A DNA stretch of 33,754 nucleotides. Origin: Cercozoa sp. M6MM (taxonomy: Eukaryota > Protista > Endomyxa: Ascetosporea). The stretch lies in assembly GCA_040357565.1 (NCBI GenBank), contig JBDODJ010000122.1; one strand, 5' to 3'. The notes beneath the pieces are model-generated. The model was not told the DNA's origin and did not search any database. It saw only the letters and a program-made list of their open reading frames with translations. Of this stretch, positions 1 through 11,520 are shown piece after piece. Each line of letters begins with the position of its first letter. The stretch's first letter is position 1. A program made the translations under genes and the position numbers.

Positions 1-44
1 ATTTTAATTAATTTTATATAAATAACAGAGATAGACTAGCACAC

Positions 45-1806
45 CTGCGACCAGCCATCGGAAGCGAGCCAGACCTGTGGGGGGGGGGGGGGGTAAACAT
101 GGCAAACATGTACTTGTATATTTACATAACAGGCACAAACAGATACCCATCCAGAGCCGGGGCCTGCCATGCCAACGCTGCAGTGTTGCAACACACATCT
201 CATCTGGGATCCAGAGACACAGGAGGGCGAGGGCGAGGCCAACTGTACCTGTAGGCAGCCAATAGGATCTCCTTGGCATCAGTCTCTGTGGCAGCCTGAC
301 TCACAAGGGATAAAGAGGAGGTAGGGTGGGGGAGGGGGTCAGGTACCAGAAAGACCACTCGCGACTGGGCACTGCGCAGACGTTGTAGAGCGTCGCGAAT
401 CACCTGCGCGTTGTCCTCGCCTGCATAAACAATACAGTGCATATACATATATATATATATATATATTAACATAATATATACACATATCGATATAAAGAAT
501 GACTGAAACCTCGTGGACATACCAGACAAGATGGCCAACGAGGAGATCAGATCGACCGTCAAGTCGCGCCACTCCTGTGCGACGACAAACATTCACACAA
601 TGACAAGTCTCGTAATATACCAATAAACTTAATCATCACAAACTTTTTAAATCCGAGAATAATAACAACACATTTTGTCCACAATGGGACTTAAACAAAT
701 ACGAACTATATGACTAAAGCGCAATAATCACAACAACATAGATTATCTGATAACATAAAGGAGGGAGAAAAAACCGGGCGTGCCGTTTCCGTCTGAGAAA
801 AAAAGCAAAAGTAAAACAGCTCGCATATGCAGGTCTGCATGTGTGTTACCTGAAAGTCAGAGTTGAGCGAACTGGCGTAGGCGTCGCTCGTGGACAGCAC
901 GCTGACTCGCGACCAGCCAAAGTACCTGCACACACACATCTACAGACAGACCACACACACCCTCCATACAGGCACTACCTCAGAGTGCTCAACACAGCGT
1001 TGATCTGCTGCACGTTCGGCGGCAACACACGGCAGAACAGCGGGTACACCTCCTTGTCCTACAATGCCCATTCGATACAAAATAAACCAAAAAGTATCTC
1101 GAAAATAAAAAGGGCTCACCGACAGCTCGGTGGCAGACGAGGCGTACGAGATCTGCACGACATCCATAGCCGACGCCAGCGTCGACACTGCGGCCGACAC
1201 GTCGCTCGAGGACGCGCCAATAATACCGATCACGTCGCGCTGCAAAACGCCCAGTTTAAACACACAAGAGTTGAGTTTAATAATCCAATCCGCACATTCT
1301 GCAGGCGATCGAACACGCGTCGGAGAGTCTTTTCCTTGGAATCCTCGGTGTCTGTATGTGTCAACAAAGACTACTGAGACGACGCAAGTTGGATTCGTTG
1401 ACTTACCGACAATATCGAGTGTGTAGTTGTTCGGCACGCCATCGCTGATGCGCTGCGTGTCGTTGCGCAGCCACTCGAGTGCAAGCATGGCACCCGAGGC
1501 ACGATTCTGTTTCACACAGCAAGTATGCCAGCAGTCCCATGGTCTGGACACAGCAGAGCTACCTCTCCAATGCTGCCATCACGACCGGTGATCGGGAAAA
1601 GTCCGAGAATGGTGCCACCCTAAGCAACAAAACAAACGGTCGGTCAGAGCGCACGTGTCAACCCACAGAGAATCCAACACGGCATCTTAGTGCACGTGTC
1701 AACCTTGTAAATCACATGACCAACATACGCTGCGTGCGGCAAGTGCAGTCCTCAGCCAAATAGCACAGGACAACAACAGCAGACTGAGACCACTGACGAT
1801 GCGCAT
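45..1806 (-). CDS. Signal-peptide protein with an ANF-receptor (Venus flytrap, periplasmic-binding type 1) ectodomain, class C GPCR/mGluR-GABA-B-like or receptor cyclase; 3' part runs off the window
   Basis: ATG at 1806. GT-AG spliced exons give MRIVSGLSLLLLSCAIWLRTALAARS / GGTILGLFPITGRDGSIGE / NRASGAMLALEWLRND..YTLDIV / DTEDSKEKTLRRVFDRLQN / RDVIGIIGASSSDVSAAVSTLASAMDVVQISYASSATELS / DKEVYPLFCRVLPPNVQQ / YFGWSRVSVLSTSDAY / ..SRVVFL / AATETDAKEILLAAY / SVGMAGPGSGW / VWLASDGWSQ. These match the typical ANF_receptor motifs (IIGxxSS, QISYxS, FxRxxP, FGWxxV, VWIASDGW). Confidence 0.88.
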
Positions 1807-2215
1807 GTTGTTCTCCTGACTGCACGCGTGTCTGTGGCGCTCTGCTGCTACTGCTCCTACCCACTCCACGACAGTACGGTGATGGTCAGTGCTCAATGTT
1901 GTTTTTGGCTTGGCCCTTTTACGATTATTTTGGTACCTAAAACGGCTGGCCACGTCGTCGATCAGTACGATGAGGTTTGAAGCACTTACAGAGCTTTCGA
2001 CGTCACTTCTTCTCTGTCGCAGTCGCTTATTTTCTTAAACGCGACACGGGTTCCATGAACATTATGGTTTTTTCTGCGCTACTTTGGTATAACTTTTTGA
2101 AAAGAATCTGGAGTTTCGGAATGTGGCTACACTTGAAAACTGGGGAATCCAGCCTCGGCACCTTCCTGTATTCCGAGCACCTCCAGTGTCCTAACAGTTA
2201 CCATAGAAACCGAAA

Positions 2216-4140
2216 ATGGGCCGTAAGAAGGTACGCCACATTTCTTGAGTTGTGGGTTTGGGGAGTTTTTTGTCGACGCGCGGGTGGATCTTCGCGCTTA
2301 CAGAGCTTGAGCGAGCCAAAATTGTGCGTGTTTGCTCATTTTTGTGTCTGCTGGCGATGTGTTTTGGGTTTTCTGGACCCACTTTTTCGTGTTTTGGTTT
2401 TTGTGTTCGGTTCGTGCGTTTTTCTTGAGTTATTCTTGAGTTTTCATCGGTGGGTTTGCGTGCAGACGCGTCCGAAGCAGCCCAAGGCGATTTTCTGCTA
2501 CTACTGCGATCGCGAATTCTCCGACGAGGAGCAGCTGGTCGCGCATCAGCGTGCAAAGCACTTCCGATGCACACATTGCCGGCGTCAGGTAACGCGTGCT
2601 GTACTTATATGGGAGAGTGAGAGAGATGTATACTTGCTTGCCACTGCCTGGGTTGGATGCACCACAATGCCATCTGTGTACTCGCGCACTCTTTGTTGTT
2701 TTTTGTTTTGTGTCTGTCCGTGTATGTCTGGTGGGAGGATTGGGTGCAACAGCATTGTAGTGATGAGCTACACGATGCTGTAGTTACGACACAGTAGAAT
2801 AGCACAGAGTATATGAATCCCCACTCAAACACACCCATACACAACATTGTTGGCCCGTTTTCTCATTGTGCATTGGATCCCTTTTTGGCGTGCAAGAGTG
2901 TTTCGTTTCTGTGATTGCCGAGAGTGAGAACGAGTGTGTTGATGTAATGTAGTTGCGAAGTGTCAACGGACTAATCGGACACGTGTACGCCATGCACAAG
3001 GTGGCCGTCACCAAGATCCCCGAGGTACTGCTTGCTGCTGTGCTGTGTCTGTCTGTGTCTGTGTCTGTGTTGACACATGACTGTGGCTGTGGCTATGTGC
3101 AGGCCAAGGCGGGCCGCGAGGACATCTCGCGCCAGATCGTCGGCATGCAGGGCGTGCCGCAGGAGATGATTCACGAGTGGCTGCTCGTCCACCGCGGCGT
3201 CTCGGTTGCTGGTAGCGCCGTCCCTGTCTGTCACATCACGACGTTTGGTGTGTGTATGTGTATGTGTGTATGTGTGATATGTGTGTATGTGTGAGAGTAG
3301 AGGAGCCGGCGCTCAAGAAGCAGCGCCTGGCCGGCAGCTACAACCCGTACCTGCAGGCGGCGGCCACAGTGCCGGGCCTGCAGCGGCCGTACCCGCACGC
3401 GGCCGTCCCGGTGCCGGCAGCGCAGTACGGCGTCGTGCCGATGGGCTACCCGCCAGTTGGCTACCCTCCTGTGTACCCCCCACAGCATGCTCACGTTGGC
3501 CATGCGGCCATGCCTCCGCACCCGATGCACATGCCGCAGATGCAGCAGGCGCAGCCGGGCATGATGCCGCCGCCGGCGCACGCACAGCAGCCGCCACACG
3601 CACAGGTACAGACACAGGCGCAGGCACAGGGACCTGGTGTGCCGTCGCAGCACAGCACGCCGGGCAGCAGCGCCGTGACGCCCACGATGAGCGCGTCGTC
3701 GTCGCGGCCGGCCAGCGCGTCGTCGCACCAGTCGCCCGTGGCCGTTGCTGCGGTAGCCTGTCATCTCTATATATATATATATATATGTGTATATATATAT
3801 ATATATGTGTATATATATATAGGTGCTATATATAATGAACATACGCATATATATATATATATATAGAAGATATCTGGCTATAGATATGTTGTAACAGGAG
3901 GCACCGCGAGTGTCGCCGAAGCAGGAGCTGCTGAAGCCGCTGGGTGCCGCTGCCACTGGCGTTGCGGCCAAGAAGAAGAGCGTGGTCGTTGTGTTTGGCG
4001 CCGCCGAGTCGCCGGTAGGATTTTGACCTGTCGTGTCACATGCGCCTGTATCGTGTGTATGTGTGTGCTTGTGTGCTTGTGTGCCACAGGAGGAAGTGCG
4101 AGCGAAACTGGCGCGCTACCAGGTCGCTGCAGCCGCATGA
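2216..4140 (+). CDS. ZNF207: BuGZ/ZNF207 (SUF4-like) zinc-finger protein, 7 exons
   Basis: MGRKK / TRPKQPKAIFCYYCDREFSDEEQLVAHQRAKHFRCTHCRRQ / LRSVNGLIGHVYAMHKVAVTKIPE / AKAGREDISRQIVGMQGVP.., a Pro/Gln-rich middle, and C-terminal SP/EEVRAKLARYQ (GLEBS-like). TGA at 4138-4140. All introns are GT-AG and in phase. Confidence 0.93.
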
Positions 4141-4394
4141 GCGGACGAGTGTGAACAGTACACGTGGCATGTCTGTATCGCGGCCTTGTTTAGTCTGTCT
4201 GTGTTGGATACACACACCACACCACACTCGCAGATGAGCGTGTTTAAAAAACCACGTCGATCGTCGATTCGAGTTTTCAAAAATCATTGAGCAGTGTACA
4301 TATCGATCACCCTCTCTCTCTCTCCATCTCGTTTTGTTCGAACTGCATGGTCACTCTGACTGACTCAACTGTCACTACTAAGGCAGGCTACTCG

Positions 4395-5867
4395 ATGTCT
4401 GGAGGTGCGACCCCGGGATGGATGCGATGTACTGCCTAACTTGTACTGTGTCAGTTTAGCCGTGCGGGGTTCGGTTTGCGCAGCTGGTGGCAAATGCTGC
4501 CACCCCTGGGGGAGTTCAGACCGTCGGCTGATCGCAATTCAGGCAGCCTAGCATAAAGCTGTGAGCGTCTGTTTGATGCAACGCGGGAACTTTACTGTTC
4601 CACACAGCAATGCCCTGGGTGCCTCGTACGGACTTATGGGTACTGTCACCATACCCGTTCAGTCTACTCAGAAACCAACTTCCTGTACCAGTCCGGGTCC
4701 AAACCAGCGAAGGCCCAAACGTCACTAATGGTTTCACCACCAAACGAATCCCTAGAGAATACACCGCCAGTGTCTCTACCAACCATGCTCGCTTAAAGGC
4801 CAGCAACGGCGCAGCAGCCAACACCGGCTTCACCGGCCGATCATCACTTGATTCCCAACAACGACCTTCGTAGCCCCCGATCTGATGACTGTTCTCAGTC
4901 TGATTAACGCCGCTGAGCGCTTCCGTGGCCAAGCGACGCGGAGTTTCCGCCAACAAACCACCGGGGGTTCAAAGAAACAGTGACACAGGTGAGTACATGA
5001 CACTGACAGTCATTAGTCTAGGCACCAAAGGCTTCTTCGACAAGCTTCTGGCTCGCAATCATTGCCCTGTCCAAACATGTCACAGCACAGCGTGCTGCGG
5101 TACCTCTCGTGCGCACACTGGCGGAGCAGGAACCCCGAACAATCATCTCTCCCAGCGCACAACAAGCATTCAAATGTGTGTTCTGGAATGTTGCCTGTTA
5201 AGAATTTAACTCATTCTAGTACTTTAAAGACGGGCCCAGAATGTGTCTGAGCTTTTTCCTGATTTTTGCCTGGGAAAGTACCCTTTTTTGTCATGTCTGC
5301 GCGTTGTTTACAGCTGTTAGACGACTTTCTGACCGTTTCACGTTCGACAGAGCTTTTCCGAACGATGGGCCGTTGTTCCCTTTCGTGTTGGAGCGTTTTT
5401 CGGACCAAACGCAGGACGGTAGCCCACCGGCGGCCGTGGTCACTCGAAATGCAACACGCGAGTGCGAGTAAAGCTGTTGAATGGTAATTGATATACACGT
5501 GTCTAGGTGTCGAAGGTAAAGCATGTCAGATGTATGGGTGAACTTACTTCACTTGACAGATAGTCGTCTAATAACCGAAAGACAGAGCCGACGCATGGAT
5601 AAACGCGTGAGCGCGCTCAAAACACGGATGAACCAGGTGGGTGGTCAGAGCGGCCCGAGGTTTGTCACAGGCGTTAAAAGAAACTCTTGTGTCGTAGGGT
5701 TACCGCTTCATCGGGCGTAGCCTGCAGTCGCATTCGAGAAGAACGCGACCACCGTGATCGAGCTGGGCTGTCTGCACATGGCGCACACAATTCTGAATTC
5801 TAACAGAGCACATGGCACACCAACTGAAGTCGTCCGAATGGACACGACAGATATCTATGTTCAATGA
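4395..5867 (+). CDS. Possible multi-exon hypothetical gene or pseudogene; structure unresolved
   Basis: Several AG..GT-bounded open blocks (e.g. 4652-4869 SLLRNQLPVP..QQRPS; 5560-5636 SRLITERQSRRMDKRVSALKTRMNQ; terminal AHGTPTEVVRMDTTDIYVQ*). No recognisable domain, and I could not build one consistent stop-free model. Confidence 0.25.
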
Positions 5868-5916
5868 GTTGAACACCACGTTTTTTTTAATATACTCAAC
5901 TCTCGAGCAAGTCAAT
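5831..5916. repeat. Copy 1 of an ~85-bp imperfect direct repeat
   Basis: cgtccgaatggacacgacaga..tatctatgttcaatgagttgaacaccacgtttttttt..tatactcaactctcga; matches 7088-7178. Confidence 0.9.
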
Positions 5917-5985
5917 TTTAATTATCGACTGTGGGCTTTTTCTCAGTATTAGCTGCTCTAAGTGTGATCCCGTGTGTGCTTATAG

Positions 5986-7129
5986 TGCACGGTCTCTGCC
6001 TGGGTGCACTAAACACATTTTTCTTGCGCGGAGACTCGTTGGGCGCTAGCCAGTTCAGGTGAGCAGGTGCGATGCTGTGTCATCTTTCGGACCAATATCG
6101 TTATTCGTCGACAGACCGCCAGGCGACCCGCGAGGCGCCCTTGTATCGCTCCCAATCAGAAGGTAACACGTGTACGCTTGTCTGTATTTTGTCAGCTGTT
6201 TTTCTGATTTTACGTTTTTTAGCGTCTATCCTAAACGCCAAAAAGAACAGCTTGTGACTTTTTTGAATAAACGGGCCGTCAGTTAGCTCCGGGTAAAAAC
6301 GCAGCTGCAATACATCGCACTGCACGCATCACGACATGCATTACAGAGATACATGCATTGCAGAGATGCATGTCACTGCTACACTTGTTTGGGCTAAAGC
6401 GCTTCGACTATCCCCAGAAGGAAAAATATGCAAGCTCATCTTCGACCAGATGTTCGACCCGTTGACCGGACAGCTCCGTGAGAATGCCGTTCGTCATGCA
6501 TGTGGTACCTGTCGAGAATTTGTGTTTCTTACAGAGTTTAACGCGGTGTTCCTGCTGTTAATGTGTGATATAGAAGAGGACACACCAGGCGTGAATGCAC
6601 TGGTCGCTGAGACGGTCATGCGTGACCTGTTTTCGATGGACGAAAACGACTGCTTTGGAGGTTGCAAACGCACAGAAGTGGTCAAGTTGGCGACACAGGT
6701 ATTGAACCGCGTGTTCAAGGAAGCGGGTGCCCGCAAGGAGAAAGTCACCCTATCGTATTTTTAGATTTTGCTTTTCTGCTTTCGACTTACGTAGTATGTT
6801 CTAGTGGGCGCATTCGTCCGCGCGTGCCTGCATGAGTGTATGTTTAGCTCCGTACGAGTACATTCGAATAAATACGTATTTGATTTCGTAGCGACACCTA
6901 GCTGGATGTACTGAACTCGGAAGATGCCACTGACATTGCGAGGAACTGCGATTCTTCGAACAGACACGGTAGTTATTTTTGTTTCTGCGTATGACTTGTA
7001 CTATGTGCAGAAGTAGTATTTTGATCGAGCGGTGTGATTGCAGAAGCGCGTGCTAAGCAAATTGCCAGCGTGCATAGTACGTCCAAGCGTCCGAACGGAC
7101 ACGACAAATACTGTATCTATGTTCAATGA
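5986..7129 (+). CDS. Hypothetical multi-exon protein
   Basis: Phase-compatible exons HGLCLGALNTFFLRGDSLGASQFR / PPGDPRGALVSLPIRS / VYPKRQKEQLVTFLNKRAV / MHVTATLVWAKALRLSPEGKICKLIFDQMFDPLTGQLRENAVRHAC / EDTPGVNALVAETVMRDLFSMDENDCFGGCKRTEVVKLATQVLNRVFKEAG.., with a possible last exon ..GHDKYCIYVQ*. No family recognised. Confidence 0.45.
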
Positions 7130-7178
7130 GTCGAACACCACGTTTTTTTGTATACTAAACTCTCGAACTGTCTCAATT
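7088..7178. repeat. Copy 2 of an ~85-bp imperfect direct repeat
   Basis: cgtccgaacggacacgacaaa..tatctatgttcaatgagtcgaacaccacgttttttt..tatactaaactctcga; matches 5831-5916. Confidence 0.9.
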
Positions 7179-7846
7179 GCTTCACTGCGTTACCATGAAG
7201 TGGAAGCACATGTGTCTCAGTCATGCTAAGTTCATAGTCAAGGGACAAGAAGTTTTTGTCTTCAAGGTTATAGTTCTCCTTGAACCTGCCTCCGCCCCTC
7301 CCCCGCCCCCCCCCCTGACCTGACGATGATGATACATCCAAATCAACCGATTGGGCTAGGTACCTAGAGGACTGCTACCGACGTTAGCGTCGATTCGTTA
7401 CAGCAATACACAAAGTAGCACCAGTAAAATAGGCAAGAGTATCCATATCTAGCCCTGTGGTAAATTATACATATGGTTGGGATAAGAAAATTACTCACGT
7501 AATACTCCCTCCTTAGAACCCGCCGTGCAACTTAACACTGCAACGGGCTCAAGCCCGATTAACCAAGTTAATGATCGACGACCAAGTTTGTTGCTAAAAA
7601 CCTGGATGCGTAAAGGGGAGCTGGGCGGTCCCACCTTGAGCGAGCGAGTTATGGTACTTTCACTGGTGCAGGGAGACTGACGCGACGTAGCTGTTGGTTT
7701 CGTACAGACTTAACTAACTATCTCAGTAAGGAACGATAGTGTTACGCGTCGGGAGGACCAGCCTTTGGCGCTTGCGAGGAGAGGAGGGAAGGGGAAGCAA
7801 CGCGACTTGACTCGACTGGACTGAGTGAGCGAGGAGACGACAGGAG

Positions 7847-9640
7847 TTAGGACTCGGCAATGTCGACCCAGTCGCCCGGTGCCTCCTTGTCCTTGAGCTG
7901 TACTCAGTTCAGTCAGGTCAACACACACACAGATACACAAACACACACACAAAGACATCCGCGCGGACACAGACAGTACCGACAGAGAGTGCGCCGAGAA
8001 GTCGAAATCGTGCGAGACCTCACGTACCACCAGTTCGGCTGCAACAGGGAGGAGGGGTAGGGGGCTCAAGAGGGTCTAGGTGCTGGTGGTGTGTACCCAG
8101 GAAGGCAGGCAGCATCTCGCCCACCTTTGGAGAAGGTGGCGCCTCACCTACAGACACACCCGACCATATGTACTCTGGGGGGGGGGGTAAAGTAGGGTAC
8201 CCTCGTGGAAACGCTCGCGAGTCTCGTCGTCGTTCTCGTAGACATTGACGATGCAGAGACCTGCACATACCATACGTCGTATCATATGTACATATAGATA
8301 TCTATACCAATAAAAGTATATAAATATATATATACAAATAGTACCTATAATAAATCTATAGAGCATGCATACAGCAAGATGTACAACACAAGAGTACCAG
8401 GGTAGGGCGACAGGTACTGCACCAGTTCGATGAGATCGCCGTGGTACTCGAAACTCACCTTGTTCTGCTTTATCACGTGTCTCTGCGGGTCGGCGAACTG
8501 CTCCTCATAGCGCCCACTGCAACGGAGAGATAGAGAGGGCGAGGGGGCGAGGGGGGTAAAGAGGGGGGTAAGAACGCAACGCACAACTCGCGTCGCGACA
8601 GCGCACGTCGACGCTCGATGCGTTGGCCACTACAGGGGGGTAAAACGGGGTGTGGAGGGGGGTAAGGTGGGGGGGGGGTAAAGCGGGGTGTACCTCTCTT
8701 CCATCACGGACTTGAAGACGCACTGCGTCGATTTCGGCTCGTCATCCTCGTCGAGACGTGTCGCCATCTCCTGCAGAGGGGTGTAGGGGGTCAGGGGTAG
8801 GGGTCAGGGTAGGGGGGAAGGGTCAGGGGGGGGGGGAAGGGTTAATATGTAGGGTACCGGCGACATCGGGTGCAGCAGCGGCGACAGCGGTGCCATGTGG
8901 CTCGCGCCCGACATTCTCTGCGGCGACGCCAGCGGCGACTCCCTGCACTTACCCTCTCTGTTTGGGCCCCGGGTTGCCCCCCCCCTATTACCCCCCCTAT
9001 TCACCCCCCCCCATGTGTGTAGGACGTACAGTGACTCGTCAAGCAGCATGTCGCCTGCACCCGACCTGCACAGACAAAAGACTCCAGGAACAATACGGGA
9101 CGACTCTGGGAAGACTTCAGGAAGAGGAAAAGAAGAGAAAAAGAAACAGGTCCAGCGGCGGCGGCATCGCACTGAACGGCGGCGATCGCGCACGCCGCAT
9201 CGGCGACTCGTCCTGCCCGGGGGAAGGGGGTAAGGAAGGGTAGGGTCAAGGGGAGGGGGGTAAAGCTACCACCCATCGCGTGCGACGCCGAATGAACGTG
9301 AACTCGTTCTGCGCATCGACACACATCGGCATACATCGATATACATCGACATACATGGGAGGGGGGGGGGTACATTCGAGTCGCCCTGGTCAAAGTGCTG
9401 CAGGTAGACCTTGCGCACGGCAAAGCGCGTGATGGCCGTGTTCTAACCACATGCACTTATCTACTTTATCTATTATATATACATACATATATACACATAT
9501 ATACATCGATATATATATATACATACATATATACATATATGTATAGATGAATAGATAACAGAGACTACCTCCAGCACAAAGTTGAGCGGCAGCTGCGGCA
9601 GCGTTTTCGTGCGCAACAGGAACTTGCCTATGTCCCACAC

Positions 9641-9672
<32 letters not shown>

Positions 9673-10047
9673 GTATAGATATGTAGATAGATATATATAT
9701 ATATATCGATATGTATATATACATATCGATACAATAGTTAGACAGAAGTGATACGAGGAGCGCGCTTCGTGTGCGGTGCGCCAACCACGCGTGCCACACG
9801 GTGCACCTGTATCCACACGAAACCTTAGTTTTACCTATACATGTATATCTATATGTATCTATATCTATATATCTATAGATGTATAGATGTATCTGTATAT
9901 AGGTATATAGGTATGCGTAGAGGTAGATGGGCAGATACCAAAGCACGCAGTTTCTGCTCAAAGGCGCCTTCGTTGCGGAAGACGAAAAAACGCGGGTGCG
10001 CACTGTACACCTTCTGCAGCGCACTGCACATACCCACACAGTACATA

Positions 10048-10080
<33 letters not shown>

Positions 10081-11237
10081 GCCTACAAAATAGTATGCCT
10101 AATACCGATATATATATATATATATATATACATTGGTCCTATACATATTTATTTAAAAATATAATATAGATGTCTAGATAGATATCCCATACCGATCGAT
10201 CTGAATGGCCTGCTCGGGCGATTCGTGTCGCACTTCGTTGTCAAACTGCACACCAGGGAGTCATAGGGGGAGAGGGGTAAAGGAGGGGGCAGGGTAAGCG
10301 GGGCAGTACCGAGTAGAATTCGCGCGCACCGTCGGCAGCAGTGACCAGATGACACACGGCGTCGTACCGCTTCAGCACGGCACTGAAGTCTGTCGACTCC
10401 TCTGTCGCCAGAGGGAGAGGTAAAGGGGAGGGTAAAGGGGAGGGTAAAGGGGAGGGGAAGGAGGGTCAAGGAAAGAGGTAAAGTACCAGTGACACCAGGC
10501 ACATTGATCGTCGACAGCAGCGACACAAACTCCGACTGAGGCACGTACACTGCGCCGTCTAGCAAGGCCTGTGGGCACAGGGGTTGAAGGGTCGGAATAA
10601 AGAGGTAAAGAGGGTAAAGCAGAGAGTACTCGATCCAGCAGAATGACGGCCGACTTGCCAGTGACCTGAGCAACGTCACGAGCGTACTTCAGCCTATGCA
10701 CACAGTCAGCGGTCAGCAGTCAATCATCAGTCCACATCAGTCAATCATCTCAAACTCACTCTCACACAGCACAAGGGTACCAAGTCTCCTCGTGCAAGTA
10801 CTGCGTCGTCGAAATAGCGCGTTGCACGTGCGCCGGGTGGGCAAAGTTCATGCCGCAACTGTATCACCAACAGAGGCAACATGGACGGCCCCCTTCACGC
10901 TCAGTGGCAACACAAACACAGCCCAGCAACTCTCCCACTCCCCGAGTGTGCCCACACACACACACACCTGCAACAGAACGTGCCGGCCTCGGGAATCACG
11001 TAGACGTTGAAGCCGCTGAAACACAGGTCACAGTGAGCTGCAGAAACTGAGGAAAATACCAACTCGAGAAACTGAGCAATATACCGGTTCTCGAGGAAGG
11101 TGCGAAGTCGACTCAGCGACGTCGTCTTACCGGCACATGGCCCGCCTGCACAAAGAGCATGCCCAAAAACGACGATCGTTCCCAAAAACGGACGGACCGC
11201 ACAGCACGATGCGATAAACTTTGGGATCAGTGGTCAT
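7847..11237 (-). CDS. TTD14: TRPL translocation defect 14 (TTD14)-like protein: AAA_28-type P-loop NTPase plus C-terminal CYTH-like domain, many exons
   Basis: MTTDPKVYRIVLC / GGPCAGKTTSLSRLRTFLENR / FNVYVIPEAGT.. (Walker A GGPCxGKT); KSAVILLDR..LLDGAVY; RKFLLR; FIRRR; ADPQRHVIKQNKVSFEY; LPAFL..VREVSHDFDFSAHSLS / LKDKEAPGDWVDIAES*. TAA at 7847-7849. Confidence 0.88.
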
Positions 11238-11520
11238 CTCGCGTCTCACAGACCGCACACGCCTTTCCCGCACCCTAAGCACCCAAACTGGTTCTCGCAG
11301 CCGCTGCCTGCTGTCCTAGTCCTCGGGACTTTGTCCGGCTCATCGCAGGCGCCTGCGGTCCACGCTTTTTCTTTGGTCCAGTTGTACCACAATAGCACCA
11401 AAATAAAAGCACATACGCGCTCCGGAGAAACACGATTTTGACTCGAACTGATCGGTGTTTTGCGCAGTCTGGTGACATAAAACCAGCGCGCGAGACGCTG
11501 TAAACCGGTGGAGAGGAAGA

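Noticed and set aside
7503-7512. TACTCCCTCC resembling a Stowaway MITE end
   Set aside because: Short match, and I found no convincing partner inverted repeat.
9390-10170. Long YIYI/CVCV/THTH ORFs in the track, here and elsewhere
   Set aside because: Artefacts of (TA)n and (CA)n microsatellites in introns.
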